The notes: generated by a model from the letters alone, not told the origin. 64,000 bases of DNA from Paraspadella gotoi (GCA_051294375.1 CM119267.1:25745293-25809292), one strand, 5' to 3'. Positions 48,201-61,908 are shown, counted from the stretch's first letter. Numbers and translations: made by a program.

Positions 48201-51200
48201 TTAAAATTTAAAAAAAGATTTTTCTAAGATTTTTTGCAGATTTGGATTTGCATAAAAATTGGTAAAAAGAAATATAACTTTTTTTGAAAAATTACTTCAT
48301 TAAGTGGGTCAAAAATTAGAATAAGCTATATTTTGAAGCTGAAAATTAACTTTTTTATATTGTATCTGTGTTGGGCCGCGCGGTTCCCCTTCGCGTTTTG
48401 GATCGCAAAATGCAAGCTTCTTCCCTGCGGTCCTGGATGGGCGGGCCTGGCACAAATCACCGTCGAGAGTTGGGAGAAGATAATTCTACCTTTTTTAACC
48501 GCGGTTTTCCGCGCGCAGCCATTGAGGAAACGCGTTGGTTGTAGTATTATTGAGACACATTTGATCTTGTTATGTGGACGGCCAACCGTTTTCAAATCCA
48601 GTAGAGGTTATAATTATTATTGCGACGCACGAATTTTTAACTTGTTTTTAACTTGTTTTTAACCTGTTTTTAAACTGCTTTTAACTTGTTTTTACCTTGT
48701 TTTTAATACGTTGATTTCGTGCCTTTTTATTTGATATTATTATTATGATATTATATTATAATATTATTATTATTAATATACGTTTTTAACCTCACTAACT
48801 TTCGAATTCCTGGCCGAGCAAATTTAGGTTACAAGATTAAACAATATATTAAATATAGTTTTTTTAATCTTTAACCCCTTTTAATGAAAGAATTTTTTAA
48901 AATGATTGATATTTTCTTTTATCAACTTTTGACGAGGAATGTAAATCTTCAATCACAATTAAAAAAAGCCTATTTTGAAATTTTTCGATTTTATAAGGAT
49001 AGTACTATATATAAATATAGCCTACTGCGAAAATTAAAAAACATAAAATTAATTTTTTTTACAAATTAATGTTTACTGATAGTATGTTGTTCATAATTGA
49101 CTTTTAGAATTTTCGTATGTAACTTTCACTACGCCTTAGTGGGCATATCATGTCCGCCATAGCCGAGCATTCAACACTGACGGGTCATCGATTCAAAGAG
49201 AAAGACTGTCTCGTGCTGTCCCATGAACCAAACTGGTTCTCAAGAGGTATTAGAAAGGCGATTTACATCAAAGCCCTCGAGCCTTCTTTAAATCGTGATG
49301 GAGGATGATTCGATCTCCCTCCAAACTATGATTCGCTTATCAAAACAGTGGTGGAACGCACCACACCACCACAATGACTCCGTCTCTACTCAACGAGTCA
49401 GGCTGAGACCTTCGTTCAACCGATGGGCACCTGATGCCTCTGACTCTCCTGCAGCAACTCGGTCTCTTTCTGAGACCTGAGGGTCGTCCCAAGCGACGGC
49501 TACAGGAGGATGAAGAGGAGTCCACAATTCCTGCTAAAAAAATAGCAAGAGTGGACACCCGCCCACCTCACCGTCAGGTGAGAAGAGGGCTATCGGCAGG
49601 TGTATCAGGCCTGAGGGATATAAGGGTTGCCTTAGGTTTGTTTCCTCAGGGAACAATACCCGACCCGGCTAACACAAGTAGAGTTCCGATAACCGTTAAT
49701 TTTTTAGGAATTCGCTTAACCGTTAAAACTAACATTTTTAACGGTTAACCGTTAAGATCGGTTAATTTTATAATTTAACTTTAAATTTAAAATATTAAGA
49801 TTTAAAACAAAATAAAGTATTTAATGGTATTTTCTCTTTAACTCTGGCTCTTGAATGCGCTGATAAAGACTTGAAACAGAGTCGAAACATGTCTATTCTT
49901 TATGTCAAATAAAGTTGTTGTTATAACAAAACAAATATTTTTGCTAATCTCATAACACAACAAAACGAAAGGATACCATCAAATTCTAATTCTATATTTT
50001 GTTTTCTCTTTCTCTCTTTTGCTTTCTCTTTTTCTTTCTCTACTTCTTCTATTCCCCATTATTTTTGTAGTTGTTAGTTTCTTAAACGCTTGTTTTCTGT
50101 TGTTAGTCTTTCATAAACTATGACCAATGGTCATTGACCATAAATATGAATTTTAATTTATTGATAGACTGGTTGATTTATCGATTGATCTAAATATTTA
50201 TTGATTAATAAATATATTTTTCAGTTTAATTAAAAGTATATCATCATTATTCTTTTTTATGTCTTTTTTAAGATTCGTTCCTTCTATTATTAATTTTTAA
50301 ATTTTTAAAATAATTTTTTTATTTGGTTTTTTATTCATTTTTTCATTCATTCGGTTTTATTTCATTTGCTTCTTTGTTAATTTTAAAGAGGGAAAGAAAA
50401 GAGAGAAAAAGTAAAACAAGAGGGATTATTTATTTTTAGCTAAATTGAATATATATTATTGCATGAAAGGGCAAAAAAGGAAAAAGGCAAAGCAAAGGGC
50501 GAAAAAAGGAGAAGAAAGAAAAAGGGGAAAAGTGAGAAAGAAAAAGAAAGAACAGGAGGAGGTAAATAAAGGGGAAGAAAGAATAAGAGAGAGATGAGGA
50601 TAGAAAAAAAGGAGAAAATAACAAAAATAATAAAAAAAGCAGTGAAAAATTGGAGAAGAGAGAGAGGGGTAAAAATATGGTGAGAAGGGGAGAGGAGAAT
50701 AAGAGAGAACAGAAAAAAAATAGTTTTTTTTTTTTAATTTAAAGATTTCATATCAAAAAATGAAAAAAATCACATTTGAAAATTAACCGAATTTAACCGT
50801 TAAAATGAATATATTAACGGTTAAGTTAAAATTATTTTTAACCGTTAATAACCGTTAACAGTTAACGGTTATCGGAACACTAAACACAAGATCAACCCCA
50901 CTATCCTCTCAACCTATGACGCACCAATCACCCGAGACCATCAGCAATGCCTTTCCTTCATGAGCCCGGGGGGCCAGCTCATTTTGAGCTCTTTCCCAAC
51001 TCTTACATTTCACTATCATTTTCACGTTTTTATCCCTAACTTCTTCAACTTCTAATCTCAATTTCAAATTTCAATTTTTCATTTTTTATTTTCACATTTT
51101 TCAAATTTCAATTCTCAAATTAATTTATTTCAACTTGTTATTAGTCAATAGTCATAATATTCAAGTTTCTATTTATTTCTATTTATCTCTGTTATACATT

Positions 51201-54200
51201 GCTCAAATGTAATTTTTTACAAAGTTTCTCTCTCTCTCTCACTTTCCAAATTTCACTTTTTTTCACAACTTAATCAATCTGGCCTTATCTAAAATCTGTC
51301 CTCACCACTGACCACTGTCTTTTCTCAATTCTTTGTTGGAAACTTTAAACTCTCTCTCTCTCTCTCTTTTTTTAACACATATTTCCTTGAATGTTCAAAA
51401 CTATCCCAAGCGCTGATGAAGACTCGAATTGTGAGTTGAAACATGTCCTCCTCGTTGTTCATAAATTCATTAAATTCTTTGTAAAGATTTTTACAAAATA
51501 AAAATGCAGAAATGTTTCGAGCCTTCTTTTTCAGCGAATAATTTCAAGTGAAAAAATTTTTGGTGACATTTGGGGAGAGAGAAAAGAAAGAAAGAAAGGA
51601 AAGAAAAAAGGTTTTTAACAAAGAATTTAGAAAGGACAGTGGCAATTGGTGAGGACAGGGGAGATTGAGAGAGAGTGAAACTAAATGAAATAAAGTTCAG
51701 TTGGGAATACGAGTAAATCACTTTTTGAGGAAATAATATTACATTTAACTATTGTTAAGAAGAGGAAAACTTATAAGATTTATCATTTAATCTAATTTTA
51801 ACAAAGAGAAAATATAATTTAAAGTGAAATATGTGAAGTATTCTGATATAGGAAAGGAAAATAGTGAAATTAAGAATTAGGAAAAGAACTTTTACTTCTT
51901 ACCCACTGATTAATTGGTGGACGAGTGAAGACAAATTATATTGTAGACCACAAACGCTACCTTATTATAAAATGCTCCCCCACTTATAGTTTACGTCCTT
52001 TATTTAGCTTCTATGGAGCGGCGCTCGTTTCCCGAATCATCGATTCAAGCGAAAGAAGAAGACGTGGAGAGCGCGACGGGATCTTCGTTGCCACAATCGC
52101 CGCAACCAAACGGCTTCGGTGAGTCCTCTGCTTTTTGCCTGCTTCGTGCTGCAAGATGTAATTACCCTCCAATTTTGTGGCCAAGGTTGCGGAGCCACCT
52201 CGAGCGGGTTCGAGAGCGACAACGAAGGACAACCTATTGGCAATCGATCCCAAGGAACTTCCACCTCCTGCTGCCACCAACATCAAATTCTTGACGATCG
52301 TGGTATAACTATAAGTAGGTTTTCTTTTGTGGTTTAGATTTCTTCTTGGGATTCAAAGGGAAACTGTGGCCTGATCTCTCTTAATTTTCCAGCCACCAGA
52401 GAGCCCACGTCTAACTGCGACTGCGCGTCTTCTCCTGCATCCAAAGTCTCCTTTCATCTTGGAGCGACGCCGGAATCGAGTCGACAGAACATCGCCACAG
52501 AGACTCTTTTCCATCATCAGCATCCCGACATTCAACTCTCTCTCTGTGGAGCGCTTAAGTCTGGCAGCGTAAGCATTCTCATCGATAAAGTTTCAATCTC
52601 TCATTTCTGAATTGAGGTCTTCGCCTTCCCTTCTTTCAGACCGTCTCTAACGAGTGCTTCATGCTTAGCCTCGTTACTTTCGACGAATTCTGCGAAAACC
52701 CCGACGGAATCTTGGCCAATCCCGATCTCGTCCTCAAGGTCGACGATCGCTACTACAACTGGGTCGTCGCCGCGCCCATTCTTCTCACTCTCGGGGCCTA
52801 CGGGAGGTAAGAGGAATTAAAATTCAAGGATTAAGATCATTTAGGAAAAGAAAGAAAGAGATCATAAAGAACATGGGATAGACTCGGATTTTATGGTTAA
52901 AGCAAGGTGATTCGGAACTTTTCTATTTTTACCCTATGATTTTTATCGTTTGTAATATTTCGTGACAGTATATCTAATCTATGCAACCTTGAAATTTAAA
53001 AAGATATTCACACCGCCTCACGTCCACCATCCTTCAGCCAAATCCATTGGCTAAGAGGGGGAACACACCATCCCAGGCGTAGTGTTCCATCCACAGTCCT
53101 AATGACTTCCCTCTGCGTTGGCAAAGGGAGACCGTCCTAGGGTAACCGCGCCAGTGACTGGAGGTGTCAGTGAGGGTCGGAAGCCCCCAAAGCCAACAAT
53201 CCCGGCTGTTGCCATAATATGATATATTTAGAGAAAAACAAAGTTTATTTGTTTATTTTAAACGATTTTTTTTTTTCACATAGGCTTTGTGTATAAGCCT
53301 TCATCAGCGTTTGAATAATCAAATTATTTCTTCACAACGAAACGAAAGGAAATTAACAAAAAGATATGATATACAGAAGGCTTCATATTATAAAATGTGG
53401 TACCCCTTTTTTGTGACCAGAATCTGTTCCTACCAAACTACCTGATCGAATTTCATGAAATTTTACATTTAGTCTTAATGACGATATAAATGGAACTATC
53501 GAGGCGAATTTTACTATTCAACCCCTGACAAGAGATACAGGGCCCTGTGGGTGGACCCCTGGGGGGCCAATAAAACCTAAAAATTTTTTTCCATTTTTTG
53601 AAATTTTTTTATTGGCATCAGGTGCATTTACGTTTTAAACATACAAAAAAAAACATTTTAAAACTAAAATTGAAAAAATTTCAATAATTAAGAATAGTTT
53701 GAAGATGCATGGTTCATAATTTTATTAATTTTACTTCCAATTTTCCTAAATTATTCCAAAACTGACTTGAACTGCTGATGTTCATGAAGCTGAAAATTAA
53801 GGTAAACTAATATTTCTGTGGTAATTAATACGTTTTTGTGGAAAAGTAAACGTCTATGCAACTGTTCAAAACAAAAATAATGAAAAAATTTTTTAAAAAT
53901 TTTTGACCATTTATTGCCCCTAAGGTTGACCCCACCGGGGCCCCATATCTCGGCTCAGGGGTCAAATATTGAAATTCGCCTCGATAGTTCTATTTATATT
54001 CACATAGGGATCGTTCATACTAAATTTCAATAAATTTGGTCCAGTAGTTTCCTCGGAACGTGTTCTGGTCACTAAAAAGGGGTACCACATTTTATAATAT
54101 GAAGCCTTCTGTATATAATATAACATATTTGTAATGAGTCTTCTTTATTTAGTGACTGTCTATTAAGACGATGTTAAATTTGAAACTTCATCAATCAAAT

Positions 54201-57200
54201 TTTCTAATTTTTTCTGATGATTAAACAATTAATGTTAAAATAAATATGAGGTAAGGAAGATGTAGCATTTTTTATCCTTTTTAAAATGAAATAAAATTTA
54301 AGTTAATTAAAATATCAAAATACCACTGACAGCTCAAAAATGTAAATTAAGGGTATTAAAAAAGTTGTTAAGCATTAGTCATATTATAGTTAAAACCTGT
54401 ACCAAAGTTTTAAAGAATAAAAAATAGAATATTTTATGTTCCCCATTTAATAAAATTGTTTAAATTTTATATAAACTATTAACTATTAATTAAAAAAAAT
54501 TATAAAAGCAGATAACGTTTTAGAAAAAAATTATCTCATTATTATTTTGAAAAGTTACTAAGCACCTAGGCATTAAACGAAAATGAAATCTATACCATAT
54601 TGAAGAGCAGGCAAAATGATACATTCTGCATATTATACTATACTATACCTTTTAAATTTAACTAAGTTTAGATTGGTTGTGACTACGTGAAACATTAAAA
54701 GGTAACAAATTCACAAGTTGATCGACAAATATGATCAGTTAATTGGGGCCTAGCAGTTAATACTTAAGACTTATTAGAATTATATAAAAATTAATAGATT
54801 TAAAAATGCCAGACTGCGGGCTATAAAATAAGTCATAATTTAAGTATCAAGGGTGAAGGAGATATCGCTACAGGAATGTTACAATTGAGAAAAATTATAC
54901 TGTAGAAAACGATCAAAAGTAAAAGTCTTTCTGACGATTGAATGAAATTGGTACAACCAATATAAAAATTATCCATTCATTTAATAAATAAGCTAATTTT
55001 ATACAAATATTCAACGTTATGACGTAAAAAAAACAACTCAAAATGGGGATGTGTGTTGTAGTCCCTTTTCGCTCGCCCGCCTTGTCAGAGAGAGAGATAT
55101 ATAGAAGAAAACAAGTTTGAGCAAACAATGTCGGATCTGCCTAGGATAATTAATTAATTGATAGATTAATTAATTAATAGATTAAATAATTAATTTTAAT
55201 AATTAATTAATTGAAATTAAAGACAAAGTCTTGATACAGCAACGATTTTATTTTATTGTACAGATAAGTTTCGGCTTTCATTCAAGCCTTCATCAGTGCT
55301 TATAATTTATATTCAGCTTGTCATCATCGATGTCCTTAAAATTGAGTCAGGACAGTTATTAAATGTTTTGTTTACATTTTATCAAAACAAACAAATATCC
55401 TCTATTTTATTTTATGTCTCCTTCTCTCTCACTCTCTCTCTTTCTATCTCTCTCTCTCACTTTCTCTCTCTCTCTCTCTTTTTATGCAATTTGGACGATC
55501 CTTATGCTTTTAAGATTTTTTTAACTTGCATCATTTTTTCAACTTGCATAATTTTTTCAACTTGCATTCCGTCAAAACTTTATATCTAGCTTCTTCACTC
55601 ACTTTCCTACCGGCTCACAAAATTTTATCTCAATCTATCATGGGTTAAAATAAATAAAAAGATTCAAGTAAATGTGACTCATATTTTTTTCATTTAAACT
55701 CATTTCCACTGGTACGTTTCCACCGAAACTTTATATCAAGCTTCGTCACACATTTTCCTACCCACATACAAAATTTCAACTCAATCTATCCATCCAATTA
55801 TGATTAATTAGAGTATTTATTGGTTAAAATAAGTAAAAAGATTTTCGTAAATGAGACTTATGTTTTTTCCATTTAAACTAATTTCCACTCACACGATTCC
55901 ATCGAAACTTTATATCCAGCTTTATCACACACTTTCCTACCCACACACAAAATTTAATTCCAATCCAACCAGCCAATCACGAGTTATTGGAGCTTTTTGC
56001 TAAGGTGGGACGGATGGACGGATTGATTGACTAATTAATTAATTATTGATTAATTTATTTACTAATTGATTAATTAACTGATTAATTATTTGATTTATTA
56101 ATACATCCTGCATATACATTTAATATAAAAGGAAAAAGAAGCATAATCAATTAGTAAAACAGGTTTTTTGTTTTTTTCCATTTAAACTCATTTCCACTCA
56201 AACGATTCCATCGAAACTTGATTTCCTGTTCAACTTTCCCCACCCACATATAAAATTCCAGGCCAATCGCCCCATCCACTCATGAGCAATTGGTGTTCAA
56301 ATAGTGAATTATATTTTTTTGTTTTTTCCATTTAAACTCATTTCCACTCGGACGATTCCTTCGAAACTTCATATCCAGCTCAATCACACACTTCCCTACC
56401 CACACACAAAATTTTATTCAAATCCATCCATCCAATCACGAGTAATTGGTGTTTTTTGCTAAGGACGGACGGACGGACGGACATCATTTTTTTTGCATAA
56501 TTTATCATTTTTCGATGTTCTGACATGATATAGGTTAGTGCCCGACAATATTGAGGGGGCGGACCGACGGACCGACAAAGTGAATTATAGAGTCGGGATC
56601 TGCTGATAAGCAGATCCGACTAAAAAAGGATCCAGGTTTTGTGGTCGTTATCATACCGACTGTCTACACGGCCATATGTAATTGCCGAATCGTGTCCCCA
56701 TGATTTAAAAATGGTGGGTGGGGAAACAAAAAACTTTTAATGTACAGTATCATGCGATGAATGACTATCTGCGTTCTCTCTTAGACCTCTCCCCTCTATG
56801 GCTGTCAATAGTCTCTTAAAGAAACATCAACCGCAAGTGGACAACACGCCCATCGGGGAATCGTGAGTTCTCATGAACTTCACTTAAGTTTTAATCTTGT
56901 GCTGAAAATTGAAGGTTGTGAGTCTCACATTTTTCGTCACCAGAAACCGGAAGAAGTCGAGCGGCGTCGCTTCGTGGTTCTACTGGGGAAGCAGAAGCTA
57001 CGACGAGGTCGCCGAGGAGGAGAACGTCGGCGCAGTCACTCCGCCTCTTCCTTCTCGTCAGTTTACTGTTTTGTTTCGATTTTTTATTTTACGGTCGGTC
57101 TGTCCCTCTGTCCAGATTAAGTGTCGACGCGGCGCAACTATTTGTGATAATCGTTTCTTCATCAGCAGGAGTTACATTGTCTCTGTAATCGTCTAGGAAT

Positions 57201-60200
57201 CGAGACCTGTCCGGCGTCCCTCTCTAGAGCGGACGACTCCGTCGCCGACGCCAAACGAGGATCCATGAGTGACGATGAGACGGAAGCGTCGGGAGTCGAG
57301 CAGCGCGAATACGTGAAGACGATTCGACTTACTCCGGAACAGTTGGTCAGAGCGGACGACTCTTTTTTAACTCGTCTCATCTACTTTTAAACTTTCCGTC
57401 TATTCAATTTCGATCAGGCGAAACTCCCACTGAGAGACGGAGTCAACGACGTCATCTTCTCCGTGACGACTTCTTATCAGGGGACGACGAGAGCCGAGGC
57501 CTCCATTTTCCTATGGAACTGGGACGACAAACTTATCGTCTCCGACATCGACGGAACCATCACCAGATCCGACGTCTTGGGTTAATTTTTTTTCTTTTTT
57601 CTTTTTTAACAAATTCGACTGACAGGCGACGAATTCCCATTTCTTCTTTCTTCCCGAACGCAGGTCAGGTTTTACCTCTCGTGGGTAAGGATTGGTCGCA
57701 GGACGGTATCACGGCGCTGTATCGCCGTATCGTCGATAATGGATACCGCGTCATCTACCTGAGCGCCCGCGCCATCGGTCAGGCCGGAATTACCAGGAGC
57801 TACTTGCAATCGATTCGTCAAGAGTCGCACTTCCTGCCCAACGGCCCGCTTCTTCTATCACCCTCTTCGCTCATTCACGCCTTTCACAGGTCGGTAATAA
57901 GTTGCTGATCATGAAAGCCTCTGGGTTCAGAATCTCTCTCTCTCTCTCTCAGGGAGGTGATTGAGAAGAAGCCGGAAGAGTTCAAGATCGGCTGCCTGAA
58001 GGACATCGCCAAGTTGTTTCCATGGCGACAGATGGAGACCCCAACGTTGGAGGCGGATATCGCTCACGTGACTATGAGCGGAAGCGAGGGGGAAGAGAAC
58101 CTGTCTGGTGAGGGGAGAGACTCTTTATAATTTTTCCTTATTTTAATAATAATAAAATTTCGTACTAATTTTTTTCCTTTGCCGGCCTGATGTGTCTGGG
58201 TCTCTCAGAGGCGAACACTCCGTTCTTTGCCGGGTTCGGTAATAAGAACAACGACGTGGTGGCTTACCGCGCAGTCGGTGTCCCCTTGGCCAGGATATTC
58301 ACCGTCAATCACAAGGGAGAGATTTGTCACGAACTTATGAAGAATTATCGAACGACGTGAGTCACGTTTAGAAAACCACTTTATTTTATTTTAATTGTAA
58401 ATCTTCGCGAAAGAAATGATCACTTTTCTTTTCATTAATGTTTAGTAGGGCGTTGAAAAATAACGAAATATAACAAATCAATTTAGTGAGGTATATATAG
58501 CTATTTTAGTGTAATAAAGTCTGTAGAATTCGATGATTATAACCATTTTTTTGTATAGTCTCATCTTCTTTGTCGGAAATGGCGATTTTTGCAGCATATA
58601 AGGTGCTATTAAAATGGAGCAAACATTGAAGAGTATAAGAAACTCAAATTATTAAGATTTTATAAAAGCCATATTTAACTTATATAAATATGAAAATAAA
58701 GAGCCATATAAATATTTTTGGTAAGTTTATTTACAAATTTTATATTTTATTAATAGTTTGTTAGCTATATTTATTAAAAAATAAAGCTAAAGTGAAAAAA
58801 TAAAAAAAATAAAATTTTAAAACCGGATTTGAATTCCTTACAAAAAGTTGATATAAGAAAGTATAATCCATTTTAAAAAATTCTTTCATTAAGAGGAAAG
58901 GTCATTCAGCATAACAATACGTAATCATTGATGTGTTAGAGCTAATATATCGAGAAATACATTATAGTCATCAGTAATCACAAAAAATAGTTCTTATTTA
59001 TTTGTGTTCATTCTGTTTTCAATAATTTTTTAAAATGGGTAAATAACAAAATTGTTAAGTTAAATGGGTAAGCACATTTTTTAAAGATTTGTTTTTTAAT
59101 CTGGTTGTTAAAAAATTCTAGGTAAGAAGTTAAAACACGGTATGGGATAGTTTAGAAGGGAAGAATTAAACAATTAATCTCGTTGCTCTGTTGGTTTTCC
59201 AGTCATGAACAAAATCTTCAGTTAAATAGATGGTAAAGAAATTCGAGCTACAATGAATCTACACTGAATTTGAAGAGTTGCAGCCTAAACGACTGCAATA
59301 ATATTGAATTAAAAATTTAGATTAGCAATCTTAAAAACATTTGAAAAAATGTAATAGAGAGACATTTTGATAAACGTGTTCCAGTTAAAAAGAATTCAGG
59401 GTTAAAGTTTAAAAACGTTTCATTTTCAAGGATACAAGTTGAAATTTAAAAATGTCTCTCTATTAAATTTTTCTAATTCAGTAATAAAAAATTCATAAAA
59501 AATATCAGATGGATTGGCCTTTTCGTTTGACCTGCAACTCTTCAGATAGGTTTCTTTTATTTTATATTATAACTAAAACCGATATAAAATGGGGTAGAAT
59601 GCATCAAATGCTTAAAGTGAATACATTTTCGGAATCGCCAGGAGCTCAGCTTTCTCCATTTTAGCCTATTTTGAAGTTGAATTGAATGACCCTTTTTCTT
59701 AAAGTTGGTTAAAAATAATAAAAACTATTATTTTTGTTAAATTTTTTAATTTTTGGTTTAAAATTATAGTTTTTCTGAATTTTGACTAACTTAATGATAT
59801 AATTTTGATATTAAAATTATATTTTCTTATATCAACTTTTTGCAAAAAATGCAAATCCATGAAAAAAATTTTGAAATTATTATTTTTTAACTTTAGCCCA
59901 ATTTTTACTCACAATTATTAATAAATATAGTTAACTAACTTTTTATAAAACATAAAATTTAGAAATAAACTTACCAAAATATTTTTATAAGTCTTTATTT
60001 TTATATTTTAAAAGCTTATATAAATTTTATAAAATTTTAATAATTTGATTTATCATAACTTATAATGGTTTTGTATTTTATAACAATTTTATATACTTTA
60101 AAAACCCTCATTTCCGACAAGAAAGATAAAATTATAAAAAAAATGGTCATCACCATCGAATTCTAAAGACTACATTACACTAAAATAGCTATGTACCTCA

Positions 60201-60654
60201 CTTGATTTGTTATATTTTGTTATTTTTCAACGCTCTAATGTTTAGTTATTCGAGCCTTCGCGAAATGGCGGACCACGCTTTTCCCTTCATTTACAAAGGG
60301 GATATTTTGACGTCACCTCGGGTAAGAACGATTAGATTGCATGAGATTGTTTTACTGTCAAACGTGACATTCGTCCTTTCTGTTCAGTTCCCCGCCCCGA
60401 GCACAACGACGAAAATCGACTCTCGCCGTTCGTCTCCCGCTGTCGCTCGTTCTGTTTCCGTCGACGTTTCCGCCGCTTTCGTCGCCTCCGGAAGCGCTAC
60501 CGTCGTCGTCACCGACCGGCGCCGCGCCTCCACCTCAAACGCCCCCAAGTGCTACTTTTTCGAAGGGGAGCAATATTCTTCGTTTGCCTACTGGCGAGAG
60601 CCTGTGCCCTGTCTCGACGAGGAGATGGGAGAATTGCTCGAGGCAACGGGCTGA
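36185..60654 (+). CDS. LPIN: Lipin (phosphatidate phosphatase LPIN), about 17 coding exons
   Basis: NLIP domain [48 protein letters not shown] (36185-36810). Further motifs: SPQSDSEL (exon 36876-37735), WSWGQLP (47284-47612), IQLSLCG and YYNWVVAAP (52393-52806), catalytic DIDGT (about 57544), [32 protein letters not shown] (60246) and [10 protein letters not shown]. Stop at 60654. Confidence 0.95.
37755..39987 (+). mobile_element. Tandem/nested HINE-B copies with an expanded 18-bp minisatellite (TTTCTATTCTTTCTTTCC)n
   Basis: HINE-B heads at about 37755 and 38590, tail at 39540-39645, (CT)n and 18-bp arrays. These arrays explain the F/L/S-rich pseudo-ORFs. Confidence 0.75.
40013..42579 (-). 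other. Inverted segment duplicating 37845-39987 and carrying most of the DIRS left ITR (40013-40206)
   Basis: The reverse complement from 42579 matches 37845 onward. Its far end (..GCTGAGCC) joins exactly to GGGGAACGCGTCACT at 42580 to rebuild the ITR. It borders the 25-N gap at 39988-40012. Confidence 0.85.
42580..47175 (+). mobile_element. DIRS-type tyrosine-recombinase retrotransposon, decayed (gag-like, RT, RNase H, MT-like, YR)
   Basis: RT: [40 protein letters not shown] (about 44360-44910). MT-like: WRL..IF..I...FG...INLFAT (about 45690-45800). YR: [58 protein letters not shown] (about 46060-46900). Right ITR 46946-47142 plus extension to 47175, ICR 43280-43359. Many frameshifts. Confidence 0.92.
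43280..43359 (+). other. DIRS internal complementary region (circle-junction template)
   Basis: 43280-43310 is complementary to the element's left end. 43308-43359 is complementary to the right end (47124-47175). The two halves overlap at AAT. Confidence 0.85.
47690..49320 (+). mobile_element. Penelope-like retroelement 3' part (linker and GIY-YIG endonuclease), split by a TIR element
   Basis: [49 protein letters not shown], then after the insertion [33 protein letters not shown]. Confidence 0.85.
48041..49138. mobile_element. Non-autonomous TIR element with 8-bp TSD (hAT- or P-like)
   Basis: TIR TAAGGCGTAGT / ACTACGCCTTA. TSD GTGGGCAT at 48033-48040 and 49139-49146. Confidence 0.88.
49679..50882. 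mobile_element. hAT-like non-autonomous element
   Basis: TIR TAGAGTTCCGATAACCGTTAA / TTAACGGTTATCGGAACACTA, 8-bp TSD AACACAAG (49671-49678 and 50883-50890), and AACCGTT subterminal repeats. Confidence 0.88.
49853..49898 (+). ncRNA. Minimal hammerhead ribozyme-like motif (core variant CTGATAA)
   Basis: CTGATAA, stem II (GACT..AGTC), GAAA, palindromic ACATGT, then C. Stem I is GAAT/ATTC. Confidence 0.55.
51408..51455 (+). ncRNA. Minimal type I hammerhead ribozyme motif (Penelope-type)
   Basis: CTGATGA (51413-51419), stem II GACTC/GAGTT, GAAA (51438-51441), palindromic ACATGT and a GTC cleavage triplet. Lies downstream of the Penelope ORF remnant. Confidence 0.65.
53374..54111. mobile_element. 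MITE copy 3 (inverted relative to copy 1)
   Basis: Same TIRs, with TA on both flanks (53372-53373 and 54112-54113). Confidence 0.88.
55109..56626 (-). mobile_element. HINE-A copy containing a HINE-B fragment (about 55300-55520) and a minus-strand hammerhead-like motif (55263-55296)
   Basis: HINE-A termini at both ends. Minus strand reads CTGATGA-AGGCTT-GAATG-AAAGCC-GAAAC. Confidence 0.7.
58446..60237. mobile_element. hAT-like non-autonomous element with long imperfect TIRs, inserted at a lipin splice acceptor
   Basis: TIR TAGGGCGTTGAAAAATAAC / GTTATTTTTCAACGCTCTA, extending imperfectly inward. 8-bp TSD ATGTTTAG at 58438-58445 and 60238-60245. Confidence 0.88.
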
Positions 60655-61908
60655 GCCTCAAATCCAGGATCGTCACAACTTTTTTTTTTCTCGATTTCTT
60701 TCGTCGCAGATGCCAACGACTTTGCCATTTCTGTATTTTCTTTTGTGAAATTACGATTATTTGGCTTTTTTGTCCATTTACTAATGTGTATCGGAACTGA
60801 TTGAAGGAGTAGTAAACTTGCTTAACGCCTTCTCTCCTGCATAATAGGCGAGTTTAATCTTTGTTGTGAACAATGGAGCTTTCTTGTGATCGGTCAAGTT
60901 TTGACCCTTTACCAACAAATCGTCCCCCTTTTCTTTATCAACTTTCTTTTTATTTATTCCTACTCTGCTTTTTTGTGTCTTCCAGGCGCGAAATAGAATT
61001 TAATACCTATTTAAGACTATTAGTTAATGATCATTACAAGGAGTTGAGTTGCATTTAGCAGTAGTAAGTTAGTAGCCGTATCTGACGTTTCTTTTTTTAA
61101 CATCCACGAATGTTTCATTCGGCTTTTAATTTCAGCTAATTAAATATTTAGTAGGGACATGTTTATAAATTTAAGGAAAATTTCTTTAAAAATGGGTGTT
61201 ATTTTTTTTATTTATTTTTTTTTTTTATTCTTTATAGATTTTGCTTATAGACTCAATTTATCGAAATTCATGGTTTCTCTGGAGTCACCATCATCATATT
61301 CTTTCTCCAGCATCGGACGCTAATCAAAAGTTGCAGGCGTCACAGCTTGGTAGATTCATGTGCTTGTTAGCTTGCGACATTCACGACGCGTCGTTAATAT
61401 CAGAAATTAGAAAATGTTGTCTTAAAATGAATCGTCCAATACTTGAGCTCCGCCGACCCTCTCGACTTTGCCCTCGGGTTTGACAGTTTCTGGATCCTGT
61501 GACAAAATAGAACCCATATGTTTCAGGCGCAAATTGTTTTTATTGCGACCCGCGATGGGGCGTCGGTGTGGAGGCCCCTCGACCGGGACGAGGTGGCCAT
61601 TTCGGGTACATGAAGGGTCCCTCTGAGGAAGCTGGTGGCCCTTTTTGATTTGAATCCTTTGACACGTTTTGAGTCGCGCAACTGATGACCGGTCCCTCTC
61701 GAATGTTAAAAAAGGCATTTCAACTATTTTTAATTGATTCTTTTGTATTAAGTTACTAAGTTAATAAGATTTTTTACCGACGTTCATTATGTTGCAACCT
61801 ACTTTCTCTCTCTTATAGAAAAAAAAAAATATTGTGATATTTAAATTGATTAATGACATTTGTTTATTCTAATTTCCTCGTTTTAATCAACGTTTTCATC
61901 TTCAACCG

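Noticed and set aside
61422-61718. GC-richer island with a 98-aa minus-strand ORF
   Set aside because: No recognisable motif or splice structure in any frame; probably an unclassifiable repeat remnant.
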